DNA of 32,000 nucleotides from Candidatus Lokiarchaeum ossiferum (GTDB lineage: Archaea > Asgardarchaeota > Lokiarchaeia > Sigyniarchaeales > Promethearchaeaceae): NCBI GenBank assembly GCA_025839675.1, contig CP104013.1, positions 1,320,001 through 1,352,000 on the forward strand. The letters are read 5' to 3'. Both the position numbers and the translations under genes were made by a program. Shown piece by piece: positions 17,148 to 25,248 of this stretch. The notes beneath the pieces were generated by a model. That model had not been told where the DNA came from and ran no database searches. It saw only the letters and a list, made by a program, of their open reading frames with translations. Each line of letters begins with the position of its first letter. Position 1 is the first letter of the stretch.

Positions 17148-18311
17148 ATGAAAAATTTTAAATTCCCACTTTCTATATATTTATTGAGTCATATGAAACG
17201 GATAGAATCCACCGATAACCCATATAATATTTTGGTTGACAAGGACCTAGTATCCTACTATGAGTTCATCTTTAGGTTCTATCAAGAACTTGGAAAAGTG
17301 AAAGGAACCCCGAAGAAAATATCCACTTTAACTACTCTTCTTATGATATTTCAAGATCTCACCCAAAAACAGCTCCAAGCTCTTACGGGATATTCACTCA
17401 CAAGTATTTCCAATACTTTAAATGTTCTTCAGAACGTAAATTTTGTAGAAAAAATTAGAATACCGGGTACGCATACATTCCAATACCATATGCCCCCCCA
17501 AATTGAAAATGCAATTAAACAGAGTATAATTCGCACCCATCACCTCCTTAAGGATACAATCACCTATTTTCGTCAGGTTCATGGTGAGTTGACATCCCCA
17601 CAATTGAATCAGTTGCAAGGAGCATCATATATACAGACTCAACTGAAAGTAAACATTAAACACTTTGAATTTGTCAATCATGTATTGGAAAATTTTCTAG
17701 GAACTCTGAATAATCAAGATATCACAGAGATGGGAAACTTAGAAAAACAATATGCTGATGTGTTTAAGCCAAAAAATTTTCCTGAAAAGTATATTTTTAG
17801 AGATTTAGATGCCATAATCGCAGGTATTGAGAAGCAAATAATATCACACTTACAAAAATCGATCTTCCAGCCGAAAAAGGGAACATCCAAAGCCTTACTG
17901 ATGCCCTATTTCATCACACGTGAATTCCTTACTCAAAAAGATTTAAAAAAAATTAGCAAATTATCTGTGGGCCAAATTTCGGGAGGTTTGAAGGAATTAA
18001 CCCAAAAAAATCTATGCGGATTTAGTACTAACCTATTATCAAATCCAAAATCTAATCGGCCCATTAAGGTGTACTACATAAAATCCCTCCCCTATAGCCT
18101 GATATATCGATTAAGACAGATTTTTGACAAAATATTCGAATTTAAACCATCCTTTTTGAAAATGCAGAAGGAATTAAAACAGAAGAAATCTGAATGGAAC
18201 GATAAGAACGGATTTAACAAAATTTTAAAATATTTTACCGAATTTGTGTCTATTATTACGAAGTATGAAGAATTTAATAATTATATTCAAGAAATAGAGC
18301 AGTTTATTTAG
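17148..18311 (+). CDS. Tandem (double) winged-helix-turn-helix protein, paralog of 9918-11078; putative transcription regulator
   Basis: 387 aa with two modules. The first is ISTLTTLLMIFQDLTQKQLQALTGYSLTSISNTLNVLQNVNFVEKI...FQYHM. The second is KALLMPYFITREFLTQKDLKKISKLSVGQISGGLKELTQKNL...KVYYIKS. The start is ATG, with ATATTTAAAG about 25 nt upstream, which suggests a leaderless or short-leader transcript. Confidence 0.8.
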   Translation: MKNFKFPLSIYLLSHMKRIESTDNPYNILVDKDLVSYYEFIFRFYQELGKVKGTPKKISTLTTLLMIFQDLTQKQLQALTGYSLTSISNTLNVLQNVNFVEKIRIPGTHTFQYHMPPQIENAIKQSIIRTHHLLKDTITYFRQVHGELTSPQLNQLQGASYIQTQLKVNIKHFEFVNHVLENFLGTLNNQDITEMGNLEKQYADVFKPKNFPEKYIFRDLDAIIAGIEKQIISHLQKSIFQPKKGTSKALLMPYFITREFLTQKDLKKISKLSVGQISGGLKELTQKNLCGFSTNLLSNPKSNRPIKVYYIKSLPYSLIYRLRQIFDKIFEFKPSFLKMQKELKQKKSEWNDKNGFNKILKYFTEFVSIITKYEEFNNYIQEIEQFI

Positions 18312-18520
18312 TTTATGGCAGTTTTATAGCGAAATTTATATAATATTTGCTTAATAGTATGCACAGGGTAAGTAAAATGTTCTTCCCTTTTGGGAAGGCG
18401 ACTATAAAAGATTAGGGCTTTTGTCATTAATTGAGCTTGATAACAATTCTACCGAAAATTCTATCAGGAAATATTAAGTGATGATGATTCTTTCAAATCC
18501 CGCTCCAATGACAAAAACAG
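18308..18520 (-). pseudogene. Decayed fragment of a PIG-L/LmbE-family deacetylase paralog
   Basis: Minus-strand translation of about 18357-18449 gives NCYQAQLMTKALIFYSRLPKREEHFTYPVHTIKQ. The intact gene (21116-21847) has DHYQAQLITEAAVFYSRLTKWDEHFTYPVHTIKQ. At DNA level, 18357-18410 matches 21390-21443 at 46 of 54 positions by manual count. The fragment is bounded by stops and needs a frameshift to reach a RIIIT segment (intact gene: EIVIT). Confidence 0.55.
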
Positions 18521-18616
18521 AACAAGTATAATTCGTTTTGGGATTTGAATGTTTTACAACATTCCTTGAAAAATATCAAGGAGTAAAAAAACCGACTGAT
18601 GAGAGATTCAATCTAA

Positions 18617-19624
18617 TTAAATACGACATGAAAAGAGCTTGGATGCATTTTTCCAGTAAATATCTTCTAAAACTTCAAGGGGAAGATCCAACCCATTGAT
18701 CACAGTTCCCATCCTGCTATCGGGGTCAGTAAAAGGAAGAGGTAAATTCACAACATTGGTCTCGAAAAGGGCTTGATAGGTCAAATACCGGGTATAGTAA
18801 TAAAGAGGTTTCTTTTTCTTTCGTTGCCACCCGAAGGAGAGATCTGAACCCCATAAGATTCTATTATGATATTTTTTTAGAAAAGTATTAGAATTCGCGG
18901 GATTTCGGGAGAGTTCCCGAGCCATCCATCGTGCCGAGCTGGCATCCACATAAAAATTAGGATAGGTATCAAACCACCGACCAAGGTTTACTAAATTTTC
19001 CGGTTGAGCACCAAAATGAGCCCCCAACACCTTCATTTTTGGATATTTTTTTAAAAATTCCTCAAATTCATGAAGATGACTTTCTTTGGAACCATACTTG
19101 CTTTCGGGAACATAGACGTTTTGATACCATATATCGGGATCTGAATTATGCACTAAAAAAACTAAGTCCAAATCCTCGATTCGAGAAAACATGGGTTCAT
19201 ACATTGGATTCGATAGTTTGCTAGCGCCTTCTTTTTCTCTACTAAATTTTTTTGTATAAACACTAAATCGAGGGGCAAACCATAATTTAATCACGGAAAA
19301 ACCTTGAGAATAATATTTATCAATTGATTTGGCAGCTTTACTTGGTTTACCTTGAAGAAATTGCAAACTGGGAAAAAATCGGGCAAATGTAATCATATCA
19401 TGGAGATCAGGTGATATTTTCTTAATCAAATTAGTATTTACGATTGCGAGCATGCGTTGAATATTAAAATCTTGAGCATATTGGATATTTTTCTCCAACG
19501 CTCGTGAGCTCCAAACGTGTGTATGTGCATCAAATTTAGGACCTATATATTTTGAGGGAAGAAGAGAATATTCTGAGTCAAGATTATTGGATGCAAAAGT
19601 GCTAAGCGAATTGTTTTTCACCAT
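18617..19624 (-). CDS. Metal-dependent amidohydrolase-fold (TIM-barrel) hydrolase, Amidohydro_2-like
   Basis: An N-terminal HxH metal motif (FDAHTHVW) is present, along with a late GSD motif (ILWGSDLSF). The 335-aa length is typical. Confidence 0.8.
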   Translation of the reverse strand: MVKNNSLSTFASNNLDSEYSLLPSKYIGPKFDAHTHVWSSRALEKNIQYAQDFNIQRMLAIVNTNLIKKISPDLHDMITFARFFPSLQFLQGKPSKAAKSIDKYYSQGFSVIKLWFAPRFSVYTKKFSREKEGASKLSNPMYEPMFSRIEDLDLVFLVHNSDPDIWYQNVYVPESKYGSKESHLHEFEEFLKKYPKMKVLGAHFGAQPENLVNLGRWFDTYPNFYVDASSARWMARELSRNPANSNTFLKKYHNRILWGSDLSFGWQRKKKKPLYYYTRYLTYQALFETNVVNLPLPFTDPDSRMGTVINGLDLPLEVLEDIYWKNASKLFSCRI

Positions 19625-19691
19625 TTACCAACGAGGGTTTAAATTGTTCTTGAAAAATAAAAATGTTTGTAAAAAAGAAGATGAAGACTAG

Positions 19692-20228
19692 CTACCATGT
19701 TATATGAAATTCACAAGTAGCGTCGCCCTTTGAAGTACATTTGGTCTGTTCTACTTTCCCTGTTTTAATTCCAGCCATCTCAAGGATCCCTAAAAAAACA
19801 CCTTTATATAGTTTACAACTATAATCTGGTGCTTCCGCCTCAACAATGACATCTCCATCGTCTTTCTTAATGAATTTTCGCGGTTTTAGTCCATTTCCCT
19901 TATGATTTGCTTTAAATCCTTCAGCTTCGAACAGAATGTAATCTAAAGGGGTTTTTAAAGTTGGGGGTAATCCAGATGTTTTCTTTATCGTTGGATACAC
20001 TTTTTGACCTAATGTAACATACGCACGATCGCCTGTTGGGGAAGCCTTTGCATACGCATCCATTGCATGGGCAAAAATTTTAGTATCATACCATCCTTCT
20101 TGATCCAATTTATTATAATGCAAATTTGTTTGTTTAAATATATATTCATCCGCTTTAGCCTGTGCATCCTTATACGCACCCATTAAGGAAATAGCCAAGC
20201 TTATGAACTTTCCTTTTACCTTAGCCAT
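19692..20228 (-). CDS. Small soluble protein with V4R/H-NOX-like C-terminal signature; putative small-molecule-binding protein
   Basis: 178 aa with an ATG start. The C-terminus GVFLGILEMAGIKTGKVEQTKCTSKGDATCEFHITW resembles the E-x-x-C-x-x-x-G-D-x-x-C-x-F ending of V4R domains. The family call is tentative. It lies 67 nt upstream of the amidohydrolase gene on the same strand. Confidence 0.55.
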   Translation of the reverse strand: MAKVKGKFISLAISLMGAYKDAQAKADEYIFKQTNLHYNKLDQEGWYDTKIFAHAMDAYAKASPTGDRAYVTLGQKVYPTIKKTSGLPPTLKTPLDYILFEAEGFKANHKGNGLKPRKFIKKDDGDVIVEAEAPDYSCKLYKGVFLGILEMAGIKTGKVEQTKCTSKGDATCEFHITW

Positions 20229-20434
20229 GATTTAAAATCACTAGACGAAGTATTTATATTTTATTTTTTACATTTTTTTCAAAAAAAAAAATATAATTGA
20301 TCATACTTCCTATAAAAAAGTCCAAAAAGGGACAACCCAAAATCATTTAAAAAAGAGGAACATAGATCAGATGAGCATAACTGGGGATAAATTAACATCA
20401 ACAAATTTAAGGTAACAAGGAAAATGGAAATAAG

Positions 20435-21055
20435 ATGGAAAAAATGAATAAGCCCTTTTTAGAGATTTCGGTGGTGTCTACAACAGATGCAAGTTTGGAT
20501 GTGGTTGAAGTTCTTAAAAAAATTAAAAAAAGCATTATGGAATATCCAGGGAATCCACCTTTATCAGCTAAAATTACTACTAAACCATCGGTTTTATTCA
20601 CATTTGCATCTTTAAACCATTTTAAGGCAATGTATGAAAAAGATTATCGTATATATTCATATTTATATGAGGAAATAATCCAAAAACAAGTTGACTTATC
20701 TGCAAACATTTTCAAAACAGGTGCAGAGAGTCTTGCAACTAACTTGACCCAAGAATCCACAAAAAATAAAGAAAACTATATTGTATTGCGTTATTATTCA
20801 AACAATATAGCCCCTATGCGACGTCATTATCAATTAATTTATAAGGTAAACGAGATCTTTGGGTTTCAAATAACCAATGAAGAGGTTCAAGATGGATTTT
20901 TACGATTCTTTAAAACCAGGGAAGATTTTGAAGGATTATCAATAGGGTGCGATGAAGTTGCGAAATGGATGGAAGTCTTTCGGATTTTTAAAATTGATGT
21001 GGAACATCCGAGTATCAAAGAATTCATTGAGATTATCCAATCCTATTTAGGTTAG
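20435..21055 (+). CDS. Hypothetical protein
   Basis: 206-aa ORF with an ATG start and no competing long ORF. No motif recognised. Confidence 0.55.
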   Translation: MEKMNKPFLEISVVSTTDASLDVVEVLKKIKKSIMEYPGNPPLSAKITTKPSVLFTFASLNHFKAMYEKDYRIYSYLYEEIIQKQVDLSANIFKTGAESLATNLTQESTKNKENYIVLRYYSNNIAPMRRHYQLIYKVNEIFGFQITNEEVQDGFLRFFKTREDFEGLSIGCDEVAKWMEVFRIFKIDVEHPSIKEFIEIIQSYLG

Positions 21056-21115
21056 AATTTAGAAAAAAAGAAAGAATTAACTCGATATGAATTGAGAAAA
21101 ACAATCGCCTTTTCT

Positions 21116-21847
21116 TTAGATATTAAAAATATCCAGTATATCTAAGCGTAACAAACGGGGTAGCATCAACAATTCTGCAGCCCTTGAACCATATAATGCC
21201 CCAAAATGTTGATTATGTAGCTTAATTTGATCAATAAATTGACGTTTTTCCGGAGGGAATTGAGATTCATAAGTCAAGATTGCATCAAGCTTCTTTTGTA
21301 AGACTGAAGAGATATCGACTAAGAATGAATTGTGGGGAATTTGGCCCGACATCATAGCTCCGACAGGAAAATAGAATAATTGCTTGATTGTATGTACAGG
21401 ATAAGTGAAGTGTTCATCCCATTTGGTGAGGCGACTATAAAAGACCGCTGCTTCCGTAATCAGCTGGGCTTGGTAGTGATCTGGAGAAGCCATAATAGTT
21501 TTTCCTCCCATCGTGATTACTATTTCAGGACGATGTTTGCGAAATACATCCCCTAAGGAAACTCGAGCCTCAAAAGAATCCATCAACCTCCGATTAACAC
21601 AGCAATCCAATGTCAATCGATCTATCCCTAGAATTTCAGCCGCTGCAGAAGCTTCTTTTATCCGAGTGTCATGATCCCCTAGGGGAGTTGGTTCTCCATC
21701 CGTTAAATTTACAAGCAAAACTTTTTTTCCTTTTTTTGCAAGGGTCGCCATTATTCCTCCAATCCCAATTTCAGCATCATCAGGATGGGCAGTCACAACA
21801 ATAACATCATATTTTTCTTCTTTCCTCGTCTCCTTAAGTTCAGTCAT
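21116..21847 (-). CDS. PIG-L / LmbE family N-acetylglucosaminyl deacetylase
   Basis: The family's zinc-binding signature (AHPDDxxxG) is present as VIVVTAHPDDAEIGIGG. The 243-aa length is typical. Confidence 0.9.
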   Translation of the reverse strand: MTELKETRKEEKYDVIVVTAHPDDAEIGIGGIMATLAKKGKKVLLVNLTDGEPTPLGDHDTRIKEASAAAEILGIDRLTLDCCVNRRLMDSFEARVSLGDVFRKHRPEIVITMGGKTIMASPDHYQAQLITEAAVFYSRLTKWDEHFTYPVHTIKQLFYFPVGAMMSGQIPHNSFLVDISSVLQKKLDAILTYESQFPPEKRQFIDQIKLHNQHFGALYGSRAAELLMLPRLLRLDILDIFNI

Positions 21848-22159
21848 TTTTTATTCACCTTTTTTCATATACTATCCATTTACCAGTAGATATCAGTGAA
21901 TAAATGCAACTATTAAGAAGTGGAGTTTATAAAAATTCAGTGACAAAGCGCAGGAAATTATAAAAAATAATTAAATGAATAGAAGAACAAAGGGGAATAA
22001 AAAAGAATAAGAATCGCACGAATATTCTCTCACCCAATTTTTCATTTTTTTTTATCAATTTCAAAGCCTCAATAAACGATGTAATATATTTTGAATCAAA
22101 TGAATTCATATACCAATTGGATCTAAAAGTCTAATTATGAAAATGACTTAAAAGGTATT

Positions 22160-22705
22160 ATGGTGTTAAACGAAATTAAAAATCGACGATCAGTGCGAAA
22201 ATTCAAACCAGAGATGATTCCCGACGAGAAAATAACAGAAATCATCAAAGCAGCACAATTTGCACCTACAGCAATGAACAATCAAGCCATCGAGTACATA
22301 ATAATTAAGGAACAAACTATCAAGGATCAAATTTTTGAAATAACCGAACCTAAACAAGAGTTTGTAAAAACAGCCCCTATCATCATAGTTCCTTTTACAA
22401 ATACCGAAAAAACCAACTTGGCAACTCAAGATTTAAGCTTAGCATCAGAAAACATTTTCCTACAAGCAGCAGCTTTTGGATTGGGAAGTGTATGGAAAAA
22501 TTGTTATCCTCCGGTCGCGAAAAAAGTAAAATTCATCCTCAATATCCCAGAGAAATACACATTGATAAATATAATTCCAATTGGAATTCCAGAAGAAAAT
22601 CCAAAACCTTATGGTGATTTCAACTTTAAATCTGAAGGAATTCACACTGAAAAGTATGGCACTAAATTTAAAATAAAAAATGATTTAACAAGGAAAAACA
22701 AATGA
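22160..22705 (+). CDS. Nitroreductase family (FMN-dependent) protein
   Basis: The canonical nitroreductase N-terminus is present as IKNRRSVRKFKPEMIPDEKITEIIKAAQFAPTAMNNQ. 181 aa. Confidence 0.9.
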   Translation: MVLNEIKNRRSVRKFKPEMIPDEKITEIIKAAQFAPTAMNNQAIEYIIIKEQTIKDQIFEITEPKQEFVKTAPIIIVPFTNTEKTNLATQDLSLASENIFLQAAAFGLGSVWKNCYPPVAKKVKFILNIPEKYTLINIIPIGIPEENPKPYGDFNFKSEGIHTEKYGTKFKIKNDLTRKNK

Positions 22706-23160
22706 ATTCAAAAGATGATTTCTGGGATGATATGGACGCTTTGATTCCGAAAATGCGTAAAGCAGTTCGATCTGCACTTACACAAGATATTGCCACAATT
22801 GACCACGATTTAGCCCATCAGAGTAAAGAACGGAAACTAATTCGCACCAGCTTAGACTTTTTACGCAAAAAATGGATTTTAGAACTTATCTATATCATCG
22901 ATTTATTAAAAACACCCTTTTATACAGACATCCACAATCATCTCCCCGAAGTCAATACAAAAACCCTTATTTCAAGATTAAAGGAGTTAGAAGAACTAGA
23001 AATGGTGAATCGTCTTGTAATTAGCACCCAACCTATTCGAGTCCAATATAAACTCACAGATTTTGGAGAAGGCATCTATGAATTAATTTTACCATTACTT
23101 TCATTTTATTCAGAAAAAATGAATAGGAAACAGAGATCAGACCAAAAAAAACCAGAGTAA
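22702..23160 (+). CDS. HxlR-family winged-helix transcription regulator
   Basis: KKWILELIYIIDLL...FYTDIHNHLPEVNTKTLISRLKELEELEMVNRLVISTQPIRVQYKLTDFGEG matches the HxlR pattern. Its ATG overlaps the nitroreductase stop (ATGA), implying an operon. Confidence 0.85.
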   Translation: MNSKDDFWDDMDALIPKMRKAVRSALTQDIATIDHDLAHQSKERKLIRTSLDFLRKKWILELIYIIDLLKTPFYTDIHNHLPEVNTKTLISRLKELEELEMVNRLVISTQPIRVQYKLTDFGEGIYELILPLLSFYSEKMNRKQRSDQKKPE

Positions 23161-23270
23161 AAATATGAAACGTAAATATATTTTACTGATATGAATTAGT
23201 TAAAGATTTCATTACATTTTTGGGATGAATTCCTTTACATGAAATTTTGCTAATTTTAAGGAAAATTAAT

Positions 23271-24473
23271 CTACATCCTTGAATCGTTATTGTGTTTTTT
23301 GTGCATTCTATCTTTGATTAAAATTAAAAATACACCTATACTAATTACTATTCCTCCAGTCCATATCATAATGGATGAAAACAAGATTCTATCAAACAAC
23401 CATCCAAAGAACCATATGATTACTGGTCCTCCAAAAATACTGTTACGCATACTACTCATTGCCGAGAGCACTGAGGCTCTTTGGGAAGATTTTATATAAA
23501 GATTTTCAAAGTTTTCAATAACCAAAAAACCCATCTCACGATTCATAACCAATAATCCCACCAATATACTCATCCCCCACCAAGATGTGATCATTCCCAT
23601 GAAAATAAATATCAGACTTTGTGAAACAATCACTCCATAAAAAGTGGCTCTTTCTCCCAAGAAATCTACCATCTTATGAACAATTGAAGCCCCAAAGGCG
23701 CCCAAGAGCAAAAAGAAAGCAAATAAAAAAGGAATATACTGATCCGAAACCCCTAATTCTTGAAAATGGAATTGAGAATAAATATCCCAATATGATTCAA
23801 TGAAAACACCAAAGAAGAGGGAAAAGAATGTGATCCATAAAATATCACGATTTTTGAACACGATACTCACCGATTTTTTCATTTGAGAATAAATGGATGG
23901 AGTGAGTTTCGTTGAAGATTTGAGGGGTGGCTCATGTACAAAAGATAAGAGTAAAATTGCACACCCCATAGTGACAATCTGACAATAATATGGGATGCGA
24001 GGATTGATTACAAATAAAAAACCACCTAAAAGCATGCTAAAAGTCGTCGCTAGAAGCCCCAGTGAGGAAAATTGCCCTTTTACTTTTAAAAATGTATCGG
24101 ATTGACCTTCAGATTGTAAAATGTCATAGATCAAAGCAGAATCTGCGCCTGATCGAAAAGCAAAATCACAACCATTCAAAATTCCAGCACATATTAAGAT
24201 TATCCAATTGGCAGAAGAAATTGCAAATAAAATCATTAACAAAAACCAAGAAAAGTAACTTAAGAGAATCGAATTTTTCCTTCCTTGACGATCTGCAAAA
24301 ACACCGCTCGGAATATCAACAAGAAGAATAGTAATAGAGGTAATGGCTTCAAAAACGCCTATCGATTCGAAGGTAAAACCGATATACTGGAAAAATAAAA
24401 TATATATGGCATTAATAAAACCAATGCGATAAGCGATATGGGAGCATGCAAGTTTCCGTAGATTAGAGTTCAT
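23271..24473 (-). CDS. MFS transporter
   Basis: The motif A loop is GVFADRQGRKNSILLS, with about 12 helices. ATG start, TAG stop. Confidence 0.9.
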   Translation of the reverse strand: MNSNLRKLACSHIAYRIGFINAIYILFFQYIGFTFESIGVFEAITSITILLVDIPSGVFADRQGRKNSILLSYFSWFLLMILFAISSANWIILICAGILNGCDFAFRSGADSALIYDILQSEGQSDTFLKVKGQFSSLGLLATTFSMLLGGFLFVINPRIPYYCQIVTMGCAILLLSFVHEPPLKSSTKLTPSIYSQMKKSVSIVFKNRDILWITFFSLFFGVFIESYWDIYSQFHFQELGVSDQYIPFLFAFFLLLGAFGASIVHKMVDFLGERATFYGVIVSQSLIFIFMGMITSWWGMSILVGLLVMNREMGFLVIENFENLYIKSSQRASVLSAMSSMRNSIFGGPVIIWFFGWLFDRILFSSIMIWTGGIVISIGVFLILIKDRMHKKHNNDSRM

Positions 24474-24504
24474 ATTTTTGCTTCCTTTGAGGATATGGAA
24501 GATT

Positions 24505-24522
24505 AAATGTTACAAAACATTT
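24505..24522. promoter_or_regulatory. Inverted repeat AAATGTT-acaa-AACATTT in the divergent MFS / DJ-1 promoter region
   Basis: 7-bp perfect arms with a 4-nt spacer lie 32-49 nt upstream of the MFS start at 24473. The repeat is AT-rich, so chance occurrence is plausible. Confidence 0.2.
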
Positions 24523-24617
24523 GTGAATATGAACCTTTTGAAATCATCCTAAAAAAAATGAACTCAAAACTACCAAACAACTTATACTTTTTTGATTATC
24601 GAAAATAAAAAAAAAAT

Positions 24618-25196
24618 ATGAAGAAAAATATTCTTGTAATGATTTACCCCAACATGGCAGATTTTGAAATGATCCTTGCATGTACAAGTATTTCCAAGTC
24701 AGACAAATATAATATAGTCCCAATTGGGGATGATTTAAACCCTATTGTTGCGGAATCAGGACATACATACATCCCAAAAAGAAAAATAAAGGATATTCCA
24801 ATGATGCAGAACATTGAAGGTTTAATCATTCCAGGAGGATGTGGAATGATTGCATCTTCTGAATTGATAGAGCTAATTAAAAACCTCCACTCTAAAAATA
24901 AAATGCTTGCAGCTATTTGTATAGGACCAGAATATCTTGCTACAGCAGGCATTTTAGATGAATTGAAATACACAACTTCAATGAAACCAGAATATTACAT
25001 TGAGAATGGTCGATCAGATCCCTTTAACTGGGAAAATAATACAAACACACGCATATGGTTGGAGAAAAATATTATTACTGCTAAAGGTGAAGCTTTTGTA
25101 GAATTTGCTTTAAAAATATGGGAGTACTTGGAAATCATGACACATGAAGAACTTCAAACGGAACGGGCAGAATTTACTCCCGAATGGTGTCAATAA
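24618..25196 (+). CDS. DJ-1/PfpI family (class I glutamine amidotransferase-like fold) protein
   Basis: GLIIPGGCG and the nucleophile-elbow-like MLAAICIGPEYLATAGIL are both present. 192 aa. Confidence 0.85.
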   Translation: MKKNILVMIYPNMADFEMILACTSISKSDKYNIVPIGDDLNPIVAESGHTYIPKRKIKDIPMMQNIEGLIIPGGCGMIASSELIELIKNLHSKNKMLAAICIGPEYLATAGILDELKYTTSMKPEYYIENGRSDPFNWENNTNTRIWLEKNIITAKGEAFVEFALKIWEYLEIMTHEELQTERAEFTPEWCQ

Positions 25197-25202
25197 GTCA
25201 CC

Positions 25203-25209
25203 TTTTTTT
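25203..25209 (+). terminator. Oligo-T (T7) 7 nt after the DJ-1/PfpI stop
   Basis: CCTTTTTTTA follows TAA at 25194-25196. It lies in a 52-nt convergent gap that also carries A7 (T7 on the minus strand) at 25242-25248, abutting the MFS stop. Confidence 0.35.
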
Positions 25210-25248
25210 ATTATTTAAGTAAAAATTTTTGAGAAATATTGAAAAAAA

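Noticed and set aside
18478-18540. GTGATGATGA at 18479 as a possible C box of an archaeal C/D-box sRNA
   Set aside because: There is no CTGA D' or D box at the expected roughly 12-nt guide spacing, and no terminal pairing. The segment is better explained as part of the decayed PIG-L paralog.
20273-20291. T7-C-A11 self-complementary tract in the 19692/20435 divergent spacer
   Set aside because: This is pure A/T homopolymer complementarity with essentially no loop. It is likely a nucleosome-free or bendable promoter spacer. Nothing specific can be inferred.
21927-22109. 60-aa ATG-initiated ORF with a hydrophobic tail in the 312-bp LmbE/nitroreductase divergent spacer
   Set aside because: It has no recognisable motif and would occupy the promoter region of two divergent genes. 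Its composition is typical of AT-rich non-coding sequence. It cannot be supported without conservation or expression data.
6426-23250. Recurrence of ATGAAAT / TTCATGAA-like words in other intergenic regions (about 6464, 6627, 8806, 8884, 17087, 23237) and the direct repeat CAGTTTCATTT at 6426 and 6480, considered as a window-wide regulon motif
   Set aside because: My rough estimate is that an AT-rich 7-mer should occur more than 10 times by chance in 64 kb of two-strand sequence at this composition. Only the 11189-11270 pair shows extended (20/22) identity and phasing.
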